The notes: a model not told the origin generated them from the letters alone. 64,000 nt of DNA from Macrostomum lignano (GCA_002269645.1 NIVC01000249.1:186001-250000); one strand, 5' to 3'; numbered from the stretch's first letter, positions 13,137 through 26,370 are shown. Made by a program: numbers and translations.

Positions 13137-15846
13137 GCTGAAACGACGCGGCAACGCGGAAAAATCCTCGAACTCCAACAAACCGAAAGACGCCGCGGAC
13201 GAAGCCGGCGACTCGTCGGCCGCCATCGCTGACCCCTTCGTCAAGGAGATGCTGGACGCGCACAACAGGTTCCGCGCGCATCATCAGACCCCGGCGCTGG
13301 CCTACAGTCCCGAGCTCACCAAAGGCGCTCAGAAATGGGCCGAGGAGATCGCGGCCAGGGACCGCCTGGACCACGACCCCGAATGCCAGGGCAACATGGT
13401 GGGCGAGAATGTCGCCATGAAGTACAGCTCCGCGCACACCAACTTTCCTGGTGGGTTCCAGCACCCGCTTCAGTGTCAGTCAGAGCAGCAGCCACTCCAG
13501 CTGGAACAGCCCACTCTTTGTGTCAGACCAACTCCCACGTTAGTGTCAGACCAAGTCGCACTTTAGTGTCAGAGTCAGATCAGCACCAACTTTAGTGTCA
13601 GACCAGCCCACTTCAGTGTCAGACCAGCACCCACCTTAGTGTCAGACCAGCAGCCACTTTAGTGTCAGACCAGCAGCCATTTTAGTGTCAGACCAGCAGC
13701 CATTTTAGTGTCAGACCAGCAGCCATTTTAGTGTCAGACCAGCCCACTTCAGTGTCAGACCAGCACCCACGTTAGTGTCAGACCAGCAGCCACTTTAGTG
13801 TCAGACCAGCAGCCATTTTAGTGTCAGACCAGCAGCCATTTTAGTGTCAGACCAGCCCACTTCAGTGTCAGACCAGCACCCACCTTAGTGTCAGACCAGC
13901 AGCCACTTTAGTGTCAGACCAGCAGCCATTTTAGTGTCAGACCAGCAGCCATTTTAGTGTCAGACCAGCAGCCATTTTAGTGTCAGACCAGCAGCCATTT
14001 TAGTGTCAGACCAGCAGCCATTTTAGTGTCAGACCAGCCCACTTCAGTGTCAGACCAGCACCCACGTTAGTGTCAGACCAGCAGCCACTTTAGTGTCAGA
14101 CCAGCAGCCATTTTAGTGTCAGACCAGCAGCCATTTTAGTGTCAGACCAGCCCACTTCAGTGTCAGACCAGCACCCACCTTAGTGTCAGACCAGCAGCCA
14201 CTTTAGTGTCAGACCAGCAGCCATTTTAGTGTCAGACCAGCAGCCATTTTAGTGTCAGACCAGCAGCCATTTTAGTGTCAGACCAGCAGCCATTTTAGTG
14301 TCAGACCAGCAGCCATTTTAGTGTCAGACCAGCATCCAATTTAGTGTCAGACCAGCACCCACCTTAGTGTCAGACTAGCACCCACTTTAGTGTCAGACTA
14401 GCACCCAATTTAGTGTCAGCCCAGCAGCCAATTTAGTGTCAGACCAGCAGCCAATTTAGTGTCAGACCAGCATCCAATTTAGTGTCAGACCAGCATCCAA
14501 TTTAGTGTCAGACCAGCATCCAATTTAGTGTCAGACCAGCATCCAATTTAGTGTCAGACCAGCATCCAATTTAGTGTCAGATCAGCAGCCATTTTAGTGT
14601 CAGACCAGCACCCACTTCAGTGTCAGACCAGCACCCAATTTAGTGTCAGACCAGTTTGTATAATTACTCAGTTCTCTTATTGAATAAGTAAAAAGTCGTT
14701 AGCAGAAACAATGAAAGCTTCATCCCACCCCTGCGAACTCACTCACGAACTCAACACAGGCACGTCATTCGTTGACTCATGGTACAGCGAAGCTGCCGAG
14801 TACAAGTTCGACGGAACTGAGGATCAAATTGAGCACGGTGAGCATGCTTGCGTGTGCAGCCATTTTACGAGCGTAATTCTAAGCTATGATGCACCGTTGC
14901 CTACTATAAGTAGGAATTGACTTAAAAAGTACGAAAATTCTGATTTGAAGGCTGAAATTCTTTTCAAAATGCATTAGTAATATTGTTCACAGCTCAAGCT
15001 TGTGCGGTCCATACCTTGCGGTACTTAAGTAAGTTCCGTTATAAATCTACTCTTTACACAACCCACCCTCTGCAACAACAGGCCACTTCACCCAGGTGGT
15101 TTGGAAGGCCTCCAAAGAGGCTGGATTCGGCCGCGCAGTCTCCAAGACAAACAAGGTCTACGTAGTCGGGCGCTACCGGCCCGCTGGCAACTACACTGGC
15201 GAGTTCACGCGCAACGTCCTGCCCCCGGCGGACGGCAAGGTGCTGCGCCCGTCTGCCGATTCCAGTATGTACCTTGGAATGTTGATTGGTGACTTGTGAG
15301 AAACGCAATTTCATGAATTCCCCATTCCCAATCCCGAAGTCCCAATGACATTTTGGGATCCCAAATCCCAAGTCATGAATCCCCATCTCCAAGCCCGAAG
15401 TCCCAATGAGATTTCGGGATCCCAAATCCCAATTCGTGAATCCCCATCTCCAATCCCCAAGTCCCAATGAGATTTCGGGATCTGAAATCCCAACTTTTCA
15501 TGAATCCCCATTCTCAAGCCCAGAGTCCCAATGAGATTTCGGGATCTCAAATCCCCCATTCTCAAGCCCGGGTTCTCAAATCCCGAGAAATTCTAAATCC
15601 AAAATCACGAATCCCAAATCCTTGCTGACGCCAACGCCCTCTGTAGCCAAGATCGCCTCGACCGCCAGCCCGCGGGTGGAGCCGGTCATCGGGCCGGACG
15701 ACCCGGCCGACTTGCTTATTGAGACTCAGACGGTCACCAAGACGGTTGGCGCTAAAAAGATCGTCAGCATCACCGAGACCTACCGGATGCAGGACGGCAA
15801 GACATACACCAAGACTAAGGAGACCGCCACCACCACCGGGGCCTGA
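13137..15846 (+). CDS. CAP/SCP-domain protein 3, GAPR-1-like with C-terminal extension; first exon not located
   Basis: Exons 13137-13450, 14760-14837, 15082-15264, 15647-15846 join in frame. Motifs HNRFR, GENVA, SWYSE, GHFTQVVW, YVVGRYRPAGN. Confidence 0.88.
13510..14655. repeat. Intronic minisatellite 19-22 nt (TTTAGTGTCAGACCAGCAGCCA)
   Basis: About 50 tandem units in a CAP gene 3 intron. Confidence 0.95.
15315..15625. repeat. Degenerate intronic minisatellite (AATCCC..AAGTCCCAATGAGATTTCGGGAT)
   Basis: Imperfect tandem units in the last intron of CAP gene 3. Confidence 0.8.
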
Positions 15847-16884
15847 TTGATCGCTTCGGCAAACACTTCGAATTTCCCGCAATCTCTAAAATAGAAATCT
15901 CACTTGGACAATGGGGTACCTCTCAGTCTCTGGTTTTCTTCAGACTCTTTTTTGTTTGCCTTTTCTCACTGCTGCTTTTTGTTCCGAAACTGTCCGACTG
16001 TCTGCTTTTGGTGGCTGTTTTGTTTTTTGCTTTTTTATAAAATCGTTTTTGATATGAGGAAAAAACTTTCTAATATTCAGTTATATGCAAATAAATAGCC
16101 AGTGCATATTTAATGCGTTTCAGTAGCGTCAGAGAATGGCCCATAGACTGATTTTAAATTGTTCAGTCGAACGTCGTCCTCAGTTAAACAAATTTTAATT
16201 AATTCAAATTGAATTTTCAGTCCGAGAACACGAAACCGAACTCGTTCACTATTCAATATCGAATTTATGCTAGATAGTGATTATATAATACGCGTTATAT
16301 TCATATTTATATTTTCATCACTTTTTTAAATGCGTATTATAATTTTTCTTGATTTAATGATTGATTGAGGTTTTTGACTCAGTTGAAAATACACCATTTC
16401 TGGAGAGCCAATCTACCAATTATGATTGAACCGATGCCAGCTATGAAAGCCACCTGATTTCGATGCATTCTTTCGCTTTCAAAAAGAATTTTTAGGGCTG
16501 ACAGTCACAATGCCCTAAGTTATTGTGAACCCTAATTAGTTCCAATTTCCTTAAATTGAAAATTTCTAGATAGGAACGCTCTTTTCATGGAGCAATTATA
16601 GCAAAATTTGAATAAAGTCTCCCCGAACTCGCTCATTAGTTCGCTAATGACGCAATGTGTCTCAGTTTGTGACTGCTCAATAAATCATAACTGATAATTA
16701 GCGTCTCGCAAGGTCATTGGAAACTCATTAAAGCTCAGAGATTATCCGCAGCACTGCTCCTTCAGAGGGATTAAGGTGTGACGGTGAATTAGTAGACAAT
16801 TTGTTCGCCTGAGATAATTGAAGTTAATGAAATTACTGGTTCGCCTGATCCGATCCAGTCTTAGATTCATAGTTTGGATTCATA

Positions 16885-17500
16885 ATGCGTGTCTTAGTGT
16901 TGTGTTAGCGTGTCTTGGTGTGTCCTAGCATGTGTCAGTATACATCTTAGCGTATGTATAGCACATGTATAGCATCTTAGCGTGTCAACATGTGTCTTAG
17001 TGTGTATTCAGATTTAATGTGTTTTAGCTGTGTCTTTGCGTGTCTTAGTGTGTCTTAGCGTGTCTTGGTGTGTCCTAGCATGTGTCAGTATACATCTTAG
17101 CGTATGTATAGCACATGTATAGATAGCATCTTAGCGTGTCAACATGTGTCTTAGTGTGTATTCAGAGTTAATGTGTTTTAGCTGTGTCTTTGCGTGTCTT
17201 AGTGTGTCTTAGCGTGTCTTGGTGTGTCCTAGCATGTGTCAGTATACATCTTAGCGTATGTATAGCACATGTATAGCATCTTAGCGTGTCAACATGTGTC
17301 TTAGTGTGTATTCAGATTTAATGTGTTTTAGCTGTGTCTTTGCGTGTCTTAGTGTGTCTTAGCGTGTCTTGGTGTGTCCTAGCATGTGTCAGTATACATC
17401 TTAGCGTATGTATAGCACATGTATAGCATCTTAGCGTGTCAACATGTGTCTTAGTGTGTATTCAGATTTAATGTGTTTTAGCTGTGTCTTTGCGTGCCTC
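16885..17500. repeat. ~150-bp tandem repeat x4, built from degenerate GTGTCTTAGC subunits
   Basis: CGTGTCTTGGTGTGTCCTAGC recurs near 16910, 17060, 17215 and 17365. Confidence 0.9.
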
Positions 17501-17699
17501 GGTACGTCTTATATTGAATAAATGTAGGTCGGGAACTTCTTGAAAATTTCGAAGGCTCCTGATTTCAGTAACTGCAATACTGAAACAGGACCACCGTAAT
17601 TGACAAGGTTTTACACTAATAGCCAGTGCTCTGTCTTGATTACAGCGTAACTTCCAGTGTTCCTTAAACTGAGAAAAGGAAATTTTTATAAAAATCGTT

Positions 17700-18135
17700 C
17701 CGGAGTCATGAGCACTATGTCATCCTGAGTCATAGAAACTCAGCACCGAGTCATGGACACTCGTCCCTGAGCCATATGGACACTTATCCCCGAGTCATGA
17801 ACACTCGTCCACGATGAATCATGGACACTCATTCACTAGTCATGGACACTCATCCACGAGTCATGGACACTGTCATCACCGAGTCATGGACACTCATCCA
17901 CGAGTCATGGACACTGTCATCACCGAGTCATGGACACTGTCATCCTCGAGTCATGGACACTGTCATCACCGAGTCATGGACACTGTCATCCTCGAGTCAT
18001 GGACACTGTCATCACCGAGTCATGGACACTCATATCCCTGAGTCATGGACACTCATCCCTGAGTCATGGACACTCATATCCCCGAGTCATGGACACTCAT
18101 ATCCCTGAGTCATGGACACTCATCCCTGAGTCATC
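17700..18135. repeat. ~23-nt minisatellite (CGAGTCATGGACACTGTCATCAC)
   Basis: Tandem units visible; the overlapping ORFs are repeat translations. Confidence 0.9.
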
Positions 18136-18429
18136 CGTAGAGCTTAAGTACGTAGAACAAGTCTGTAATAAAGTTGATGTGTCACTCACAGGCGTCTAAA
18201 GACGAGGGAAATTGATCAAATTATTTATATATTTAATCATAGTGACAAGATGTGGCTGTGTTAAAAAGTTAATATGTTTCTGTCTAGTAAGAATTCTTCG
18301 GAAAATACGTTAAGGGCTGAATAAGCAATATTTTTGTGTAGTTTTTCAACAGACTTAAAAATCAGCTGCACGATGCATATAGTTATCATGAACTAGCAAG
18401 TGCAGGTATTGTGGAAAGGTACGTGGTAC

Positions 18430-19312
18430 AGCAGGTAACTGTTATTAACTTATTAGGGACAGCAGGTAGCAGTTATTGGGGACAGCAGGTAGCAGTTATT
18501 GGGGACAGCAGGTAACAGTTATTGGGGACAGCAGGTAACAGTTATTGGGGACAGCAGGTAACAGTTATTGGGGACAGCAGGTAACAGTTATTGGGGACAG
18601 CAGGTAACAGTTATTGGGGACAGCAGGTAACAGTTATTGGGGACAGCAGGTAACAGTTATTGGGGACAGCAGGTAACAGTTATTGGGGACAGCAGGTAAC
18701 AGTTATTGGGGACAGCAGGTAACAGTTATTGGGGACAGCAGGTAACAGTTATTGGGGACAGCAGGTAACAGTTATTGGGGACAGCAGGTAACAGTTATTG
18801 GGGACAGCAGGTAACAGTTATTGGGTACAGCAGGTAACAGTTATTGGGTACAGCAGGTAACAGTTATTGGGTACAGCAGGTAACAGTTATTGGGGACAGC
18901 AGGTAACAGTTATTGGGTACAGCAGGTAACAGTTATTGGGGACAGCAGGTAACAGTTATTGGGGACAGCAGGTAGCAGTTATTGGGGACAGCAGGTAACA
19001 GTTATTGGGGACAGCAGGTAAAAGTTATTGGGGACAGCAGGTAACAGTTATTGGGTACAGCAGGTAACAGTTATTGGGTACAGCTGGTAACAGTTATTAG
19101 GGACAGCAGGTAACAGTTATTGGGTACAGCAGGTAACAGTTATTGGGTACAGCAGGTAACAGTTATTGGGTACAGCTGGTAACAGTTATTGGGGACAGCA
19201 GGTAACAGTTATTGGGGACAGCAGGTAACAGTTATTGGGGACAGCAGGTAACAGTTATTGGGGACAGCAGGTAACAGTTATTGGGGACAGCAGGTAACAG
19301 TTATTGGGTACG
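18430..19312. repeat. 23-nt minisatellite (ACAGCAGGTAACAGTTATTGGGG), ~37 units
   Basis: Highly homogeneous tandem array. Confidence 0.95.
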
Positions 19313-19489
19313 AAGGCATTGCGAACAATTGTTCAGTATTGCAAGTACAAAGCACACTGAAACACGGAAACACAGCAACAGCATCAGGCGAAGTTAAGTC
19401 TATAAAAAGTCAAAGTCATATTCAAGGTGTTGAATGTTCACAGTCTACTAGGAGCATCCCGAGCAGAGAACCGGCAATTACAACCGAGG

Positions 19490-20656
19490 TCAGTTGCTGG
19501 AATCTCCATTCTCGCTGAGCAAGGGATCTGTGAGGTGCTGGGACGGCCGCATCAGCGAGAGCGGCACCGCCTCCAGCCTCCTAGCATCCGGAAGATCAAC
19601 GGACCCCGGCGTTGGATCGGCTTCGTCCATCAGGCCAGCCTTGGCGTGAGCAGCCGTCTCGGCCGCCGGATCAACCGCCATGGCCGACAGGTGGCGGCTG
19701 CAGCAGCTCGGCAGGAGGCTGCGGAACTCCGACTGAAAGTTGGCGTTGAGCCAGCCGTATAGGAACGGGTTGTACATCACCGAGCTCATCGCCAGCACGT
19801 GGCAAACAAAGAACAAGCACTGGAAGGTGTGTTCGCTCGCTAAGCCCGTGTCCTTGGCCAACCACAGCAGGTTTATCGGGATCCAGCTCAGCACAAAGAT
19901 CAGCACCATCGCCATCAGCATCCTGTTCGTGCGCCTCTTCCTCTTGATGTCGATGGCCTCTTTTATGCGCGATCGGCAAGCCGCCATGTGGCTTTGATGG
20001 CGACGGCTGAGACTGGCGCTGACTCTGGCGTAGCAGACGGTAATGACGGAGCAGGGAGCTAGGAACTGCAGCACGAAGCTGATCACGGTGAACACGGCCC
20101 GGTACTCGCTCTTCCAGTCCTCCACGCAGCTCACCCGGCTGCGATCGTCCGAGGCTTTGGTCCTCTGGAACACGGCGATCGGCGCGCTGATGAGCATGGC
20201 GACTATCCAGACCACGGCCACCACCAGCACGCAGAGGCTGGTGCGCATCCGGGGGACGAACGGGTGGACAATGACAAAGTAGCGGTCCATGGCGATGGCG
20301 GTGGAGGTCAGGGTGGAGACATACACCGTGACCCCCATGGTCATGGGCATCAGCTTGCACAGGGCGGTGGGCAGAGTCCAGCTGTTCATGAAGATTGCCG
20401 CTGGAGTCAGCGGCACATTCACGACGCTCATGATGATGTCGGAGACGGCCAGGTTGGTGATGAACAAGTTGGTGATTGTCTGCATGCTGCGCTTTCGAAG
20501 AACAACGAATGCCACCAGAGCGTTCCCGGCGGTGCCCAGGCAGCCGATCACGGCGTAGCTGGCGATGATCAGCGTGCGCATCCACAGCGGGCCGCCGGCC
20601 CAGGCCGCCTCACTGCGGCTCTCGTTGCCATGGATACCGATGCTCCCTTCTGACAT
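19490..20656 (-). CDS. Class A neuropeptide GPCR of the NPY/sNPF/PrRP receptor family, intronless
   Basis: 388-aa ORF with seven hydrophobic segments. Motifs GN..V, TNLFITNLAVSD, TAIAMDRYFVIVHPF, RTNRMLMAMV.IF.LSWIP, AMSSVMYNPFLYGWLNANF. Confidence 0.92.
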   Translation of the reverse strand: MSEGSIGIHGNESRSEAAWAGGPLWMRTLIIASYAVIGCLGTAGNALVAFVVLRKRSMQTITNLFITNLAVSDIIMSVVNVPLTPAAIFMNSWTLPTALCKLMPMTMGVTVYVSTLTSTAIAMDRYFVIVHPFVPRMRTSLCVLVVAVVWIVAMLISAPIAVFQRTKASDDRSRVSCVEDWKSEYRAVFTVISFVLQFLAPCSVITVCYARVSASLSRRHQSHMAACRSRIKEAIDIKRKRRTNRMLMAMVLIFVLSWIPINLLWLAKDTGLASEHTFQCLFFVCHVLAMSSVMYNPFLYGWLNANFQSEFRSLLPSCCSRHLSAMAVDPAAETAAHAKAGLMDEADPTPGSVDLPDARRLEAVPLSLMRPSQHLTDPLLSENGDSSN

Positions 20657-21010
20657 GGAGAATTGGCCTGAAGCTGAAGGTAGGTTTTAGCGAGGACTCT
20701 GATGGTTAGGTAGGCGGTTTCTAGCACTAAACTGACAATATCTCAGCTTCTGGACTTCCGAATAGCAAACGAAGCATAGCTTAGCCAAGTTAAAACCTCT
20801 GCAGAGCTTTGAAAAAAGCAAATCTTTGCGAAAACCAGTTTAGAAAACACAACTGCGTTTGACTTGTGAACCAACGTGGGATAAACACATATGATTGCTT
20901 TATTAGAACTCAGAAATGCAGTTGGTGAAAACGCGGTAAAACTTCCAATCTCGATGATGCATTTCCAGCGAGAAGCTGTTAAATAATTGGATTCTACGTA
21001 AATCACCTAG

Positions 21011-21197
21011 GGGTTGTAGCCCAGTGGTCAGAGCATCGGGGGTTCGATTCTCGACCCTGCACTCGGAAAAATCTGTGTCCTGGAGCTAGACACTTAACTA
21101 TGCCTATGGGTGCCAGGATTAGCTGGGGTTATTGAAGGTGTGTGTGGCGACCCCCCCCCCCAGTCCTTTGGACTGAACAGCCGTACGCAGCCTTCAG
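21011..21197 (+). mobile_element. tRNA-derived SINE family A, internally deleted copy
   Basis: A-box TAGCCCAGTGG, B-box GGTTCGATTC, core TGTGTCCTGGAGCTAGACACTTAAC. Homologous to reverse-strand copies at 23240-23430 and 39620-39844. Confidence 0.75.
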
Positions 21198-21742
21198 ATG
21201 CGCCGATATATTAATTTATTATAAATGTCATTATATCAATACTTTAAAAAGAAAAACAACAACAGTCAACGAACAATTTTACCTGCAATGGGCTCAGCAA
21301 TTAGTTCCGAATATGGGCAGAAAATTCCCAGCAACAAGCGTCAGATTTTCTTCAGCAGGCTTCTGACATCAATTTGAAGATTTTCATACTGAAGACGCAA
21401 CTCGGAGTTTAGGCCAATCAGCGATCGAGCAGCTCAGATTGGCGAGATCGGGCCCTGAGGTGCCGCTTCGCTTACCGTGAGCAGTGTGTGAGAAGCTGCT
21501 CTGAAATTCCTCTATCTGTTCATGCCACAGTAAAAAACGGGATGAAGCGAAACACGTAGAAATTTATGGTGGAGCAGGCGGTGTCGCTTCTATGCCAGAG
21601 CTTCCCAAGGCCGTGCCAGATTTTTCATCTCAGATTTTTACCTGAGAAAATTTAACAGAAAGTGACTTTAAAGCTTAGTTCTGGACACTTGCACTTAGTG
21701 AGACATTACTAAATATTGCTAATCAAAGTGAGTGATTTTACG

Positions 21743-22200
21743 ACTGACTGACTGACTGACTGACTGACTTGAGTGAGTGGGTGACTGACTGACTGACTGA
21801 CTGACTGACTGACTGACTGACTGACTGACTGACTGACTGACTGACTGACTGACTGACTGACTGACTGACTGACTGACTGACTGACTGACTGACTGACTGA
21901 CTGACTGACTGACTGACTTGAGTGAGTGGGTGATTGACTGACTGACTGACTGACTGACTGACTGACTGACTGACTGACTGACTGACTTGAGTGAGTGGGT
22001 GATTGACTGACTGACTGACTGACTGACTGACTGACTGACTGATTAAGTGAGTCAGTAAGAGAATGAGTTAAGTGAGTCAGTAAGAGAATGAGTTGAGTGA
22101 GTCAGTAAGAGAATGAGTTGAGTGAGTCAGTAAGAGAATGAGTTGAGTGAGTCAGTAAGAGAATGAGCTGAGTGAGCCAGTAAGAGAATGAGTTGAGAGA
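21743..22200. repeat. (GACT)n microsatellite followed by a 25-nt repeat (AGTGAGTCAGTAAGAGAATGAGTTG) x~6
   Basis: Directly visible. Confidence 0.95.
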
Positions 22201-23239
22201 GTCTGTAAGTCGGTAGTCCTATGATTTTGAGATAGGTAACGATTCGAAGTTCATCAGTTCATGTCTCAAAGAAACTGCTGCTTCAAAATACACTGCGAAC
22301 AAATTTTCAAATTAGTTTTCTGTTTCTTTCCGAGCCAGCTTTCCGTGATAATCAGGGACAGACTGTTAAACTGAATGCATTTCCTTCTATCGTTGAATTC
22401 AGCACGAATGAAATGGAAAATTGAAAAGAGCGAATCCCTGTTCCCGCAGTTCCGCCTCAGAAATTGAGCTGAATATCCCACTGTCAATCCATTTTTTCAG
22501 ACAGACTGTCTGAATCCGAGGACATGATGAAGACGGAACAGTCTGCTTTCATGGAATTGGATTCTGCAGGACCAGTTTCCTGCGCATAATCAGCGGATAA
22601 TTATTTGCTTCGATTAGCAGCCATGATAATCCAGCTGCACATTTTTAAACAGATGCTACATCAGCGCTACAGCTATAGCAGAGTTCGAGTGCAGAAATAA
22701 TACGAGTAATTCCTCTTAGTAAACCGATTGTCAGGCTGCAATTTTATGTCTGCATCAGGTGCAGCCGCTGGTAGTGAAGTATTAATCAGTAGGAGAGCGA
22801 GCTTGAAGCAACAGTTGTGCCATCCGATTCCATGCGGGCACTTCTACAAGCAGCCTTGCTTCGAACAAGAGCCTGTTTTCCCTAACTGGGACCCCCACCC
22901 CGAGCTGACTAGATGAGAGATGGAACCCTGAGGAAATTCTTATTGCCAGAAGAGCTAAAGAGTAAATCCACAGTTACCTGCCTGCCTTTGCCGTGCAGTT
23001 GCACCTGTATTTATCTAGCCAGGTTGAGCCAGGGCAGTGCAAATAATACAGTAATCACATCTTGGGCGTCTCGTTCATCTTCGCATCAGCTTAGCAAGCT
23101 GCATGTTATTAAATAAAGCTCGTCAGCTCCCACTTACGTCTGCCAGATTTCCAGCAACCTTCTCAATTTTTATTGATTACACCTGCACTAATGGGTATGG
23201 ATATGCAACCGTCAGCTCAGCCGCAGCTATTTGCGCAGC

Positions 23240-23430
23240 GCATCTGAAGGCTGCGTACGGCTGTTCAGTCCAAGGACTGGGGAGGGGGTCGCCACACACC
23301 CTCAATAACCCCAGCTAATGCTGGCATTTTACAGCTGGGTGAACCGAAGCAATGCAGAGTTTAGTGTCTTGCTCAAGGACACAAATTGTTCGGGAATTGA
23401 ACCCCCGACCTACAAGTCGTGTACGCTCTA
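23240..23430 (-). mobile_element. tRNA-derived SINE family A copy
   Basis: Shares GCTGTTCAG..AAGGACTGGGG..CAGCTAATGCTG..TTACAGCTGGGTGAAC..CAAGGACACAAATT with 39620-39844. Confidence 0.7.
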
Positions 23431-24392
23431 TTTTTAGCTTTTTAGCTACGAGCGCACAAGTCTTCGACCGGACTTGACGACAGACGCTGATCCGTCAAGT
23501 ACGGTTAAGCTTTAAATCTTCTGGACACTCCACGAGTTTAAGGACAAGCCGTGACCAAACAGGTGCAAGACAAGTTTGTTTATTTCACTTTCGATTCGGC
23601 CAGATGTTTTGCAGCAACAGATTTCTTCTCACGCTCGTATCAATTTCCAAGTCTCTTGCTGCTTTCTGCATCAAGCTTCTTACAGAGAGTTGCGACTTTA
23701 TGAGGTGGGTGCGCTGTTTTTCGTCTCATTCTTATCTTGACGTCAGGCAACTGTCCAAAATAAGAAAACTGAAAACATTGGTAACCAAGCAAACGATAAA
23801 TGTACCCTCTTCAGTTTCAATTTCAACAGAACTCGCATTCAATATCGGCAAGCTGACATTCGAATTCTTTATCTAGCTACTGTTTATTTAAAAACCAGTG
23901 TATGCTGTTTTCTAGTAGCGAACTTCGAGGAGAGCAGCACTAAGTTTAAAGAGAGATACTATAGAGAGCCACAGGCAGTTACATTATTTGTTGTTAGTTT
24001 AAGAGGGGGCTGTTCAAGATTGATACAGTACACTAAAAAAGCGCGCCAAAATATGCTGAAATTGAAAGCGAGTTTTGTTGAAATTCAACGGAAAAGGTGT
24101 ACTATAGTTTCAGTGGTTAACAATGTAAGTTGAGTTGCAAGCAAAAGTTGAGTTGCCAGATCGAAAGTGGCCTAAAGCAACGATTTTTATGTATGTTTTC
24201 AATTTACAATGTATCAACTGATTTACACCTTTAGAAACTAAGATTTACTCTTTCAAACCAAGGAGTTCTTTTTGCACTTCTTAAAAGACGAAATTCTATG
24301 GCCCAATGTAAGCAGTGTCAAGTAAAAGCATTTATTTAGGTTTCACCGAAGCCCTACTTGCCTGAGTCAAAAATAAATACAACTGGCTGAAA

Positions 24393-25398
24393 ATGAGCGC
24401 CGTGTCCTTGCCATCGGCAGCCGCGTGTGCCCGGAGTGACAGCCTGGATTTGTCCAATTCATCCAACGAGGCGATTCCAAACAGCGACATTGAAGTTGCT
24501 TCGTCGCTTGGCGGCACCTCTGACCGCGAGTTCAGCATTGGAGAGTCGTGGCGTACCGTGGACGGTGAGACTTTTTCAATAGTTGACGAACTTGATGAAC
24601 ATGGCTAGGCTTGAAAACCGCGAGACCATGGTGTAGTGAAAGCATCGCCATGACTGTCTGCTTCCAGATGGCAGCAGCAGAGACAGCCAGTCCAGACCAG
24701 ACGACCGAGTTCCAGCTCTGACGCCGAGAACGCTGATAGAGTCAAATAGCCCGGCAACTACCGCAAACGGTACAGTGGTTGCGGAGGCCGTGACGGATGT
24801 CTTTGCGGAAGCGGTGCCAACAGCTGTAATACCAGAAGAAAAGCTTCCAGACAAGCCGGAAGCAGAGAAGACTGGCGCGGAGCTGCCGCTGCGTCCGCGG
24901 AAGCGCTGGCGTCCGCGACGTCGCCAGCCGCCGGTCAGTAGCTCCAGGACTGCGGCAGGTGTACCGGAATCGGCCGCACTGACCATGCCGAACTCCGCAG
25001 CAACTGCGTCAGAGTCACCGGTGCAGCGGACGGTTTCGGAGCTTCGGTCTCTGGCTTTGGTGGGCGACGCCAAGCTGCAACATCGCACGGCCATCAAAGA
25101 GGAGCAGCAGCAGCGAAACCTCCAGTTGGCTTTCAGCAACTCGCACAACAACTGCGACTGCGGCGAGACAGTGGAAGACCCGGACGACAGCAGAACTCAC
25201 TGGATTTGCCGGCCCAGCGACAATCCAACCGCTGCCGCTTTCAGAGCTGCCGAAGTTGACGCGAGAAGCAGTGACAGCCACGAAAGCAGCAGCTGCAGCC
25301 TGAAAAGTAACGAGCGACAATTAGCGAGTAACAATAACGAGGGGTTCTCCAGCAGCCCGGAGGCTGCAGGGAGCGGCGGCAGCAGCAGCAGCGGCTAA
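24393..25398 (+). CDS. Uncharacterised ~300-aa Ser/Ala-rich protein with a basic NLS-like patch
   Basis: Exons 24393-24564 (GACG|GTGAGA) and 24668-25398 (TTCCAG|AT) join in phase 1. Contains RPRKRWRPRRRQP. No family recognised. Confidence 0.55.
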
Positions 25399-26299
25399 TA
25401 TCGCAATTATTGCATCTCAAAAAGCGATGAGAGTTTTTCTAACCGAATCAGCAGCGATGACTATCGAGTTTGTTCCCATGATTCCCCCCGGAATATTCTG
25501 GCCCAGTGAAACGAGAACTGTAAAACTGCGGCCCTTCATTTGTTCGCATCGGGCGCAAATATGGCTATTACAAGTCTGTCTTCTAACATGCACTGTTGAA
25601 GATTAATCTTTATTACTTCAGAGCCTTAATACTTTAGCGTCATACGATTGAAAAAGTACATTTGTACGTTTATTTTGATCACAAAATCGATTCAAAACAA
25701 GTTTAAATATTTCTCCAAAAATTCAATGGAAAACAATGAATAAGGATTGTGCGAGGTTTTAAGAGGCTGCTTTATTTTAGCTTCGCATACTAGTTTGCTA
25801 TAAGAAGGAATGGAAAAATTTTAGCTCCAGTTGACCTTTTGTCTCATTCTCAAGGTATACATGAAAAATTCTCAAGCATAAAATGTGTAGTAAATTCAGG
25901 CAGTAGGTTGCTACTATTCTGTAACTGCAAATTTTATAGGTATTAAATCCCTTTCGAAAACACGTCACTGAGCCCTTTGATGCTCATCTAGTCTTCGTCA
26001 ACTGAAGACTTCGTAACTTCAAGGCTAGACCAGAGATAACCGAAACAGGTATTTTGCTACCGTCACCTCAGCATCCACCATCAACAGTAATAAACATTGG
26101 CCGGAGGTAAGCGCCTTTGGTGACACCGTCCAACAACCAGTGCTGAGGCAACTCTGCCCATTCCTCAGACTCCTGAGCACTCATACACACGCTCACGCAG
26201 GGTGTACACAGAGACTACTCCCTGGGTAGTTTGAGTAGTCCCTGGTTGTACATCGGCCCTAAATTTTTAATCGTCAGGCACACAGACAGAATCTGCCTC

Positions 26300-26370
26300 G
26301 CACAGAATCGAACCAGGGGTGGTCGCTGGCGCGAGAATCAGACGCGTTCGCAACTGAGGTGCTCAGCATC
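26300..26370 (-). mobile_element. Possible second tRNA-derived SINE head, family B; similar copy at ~29645-29705
   Basis: Reverse strand reads CTCAGTTG..CCCCTGGTTCGATTC and CTCAGTGG..CCCCTGGTTCGATTTC (Pol III A/B-like boxes). Confidence 0.35.

Noticed and set aside
18430-19312. CRISPR-like regular repeats, here and in other arrays
   Set aside because: Head-to-tail units with no unique spacers, no cas genes, and a eukaryotic context.
22266-22487. LIITESWL motif suggesting a LINE APE endonuclease
   Set aside because: A single short motif with no other endonuclease or RT motifs nearby.
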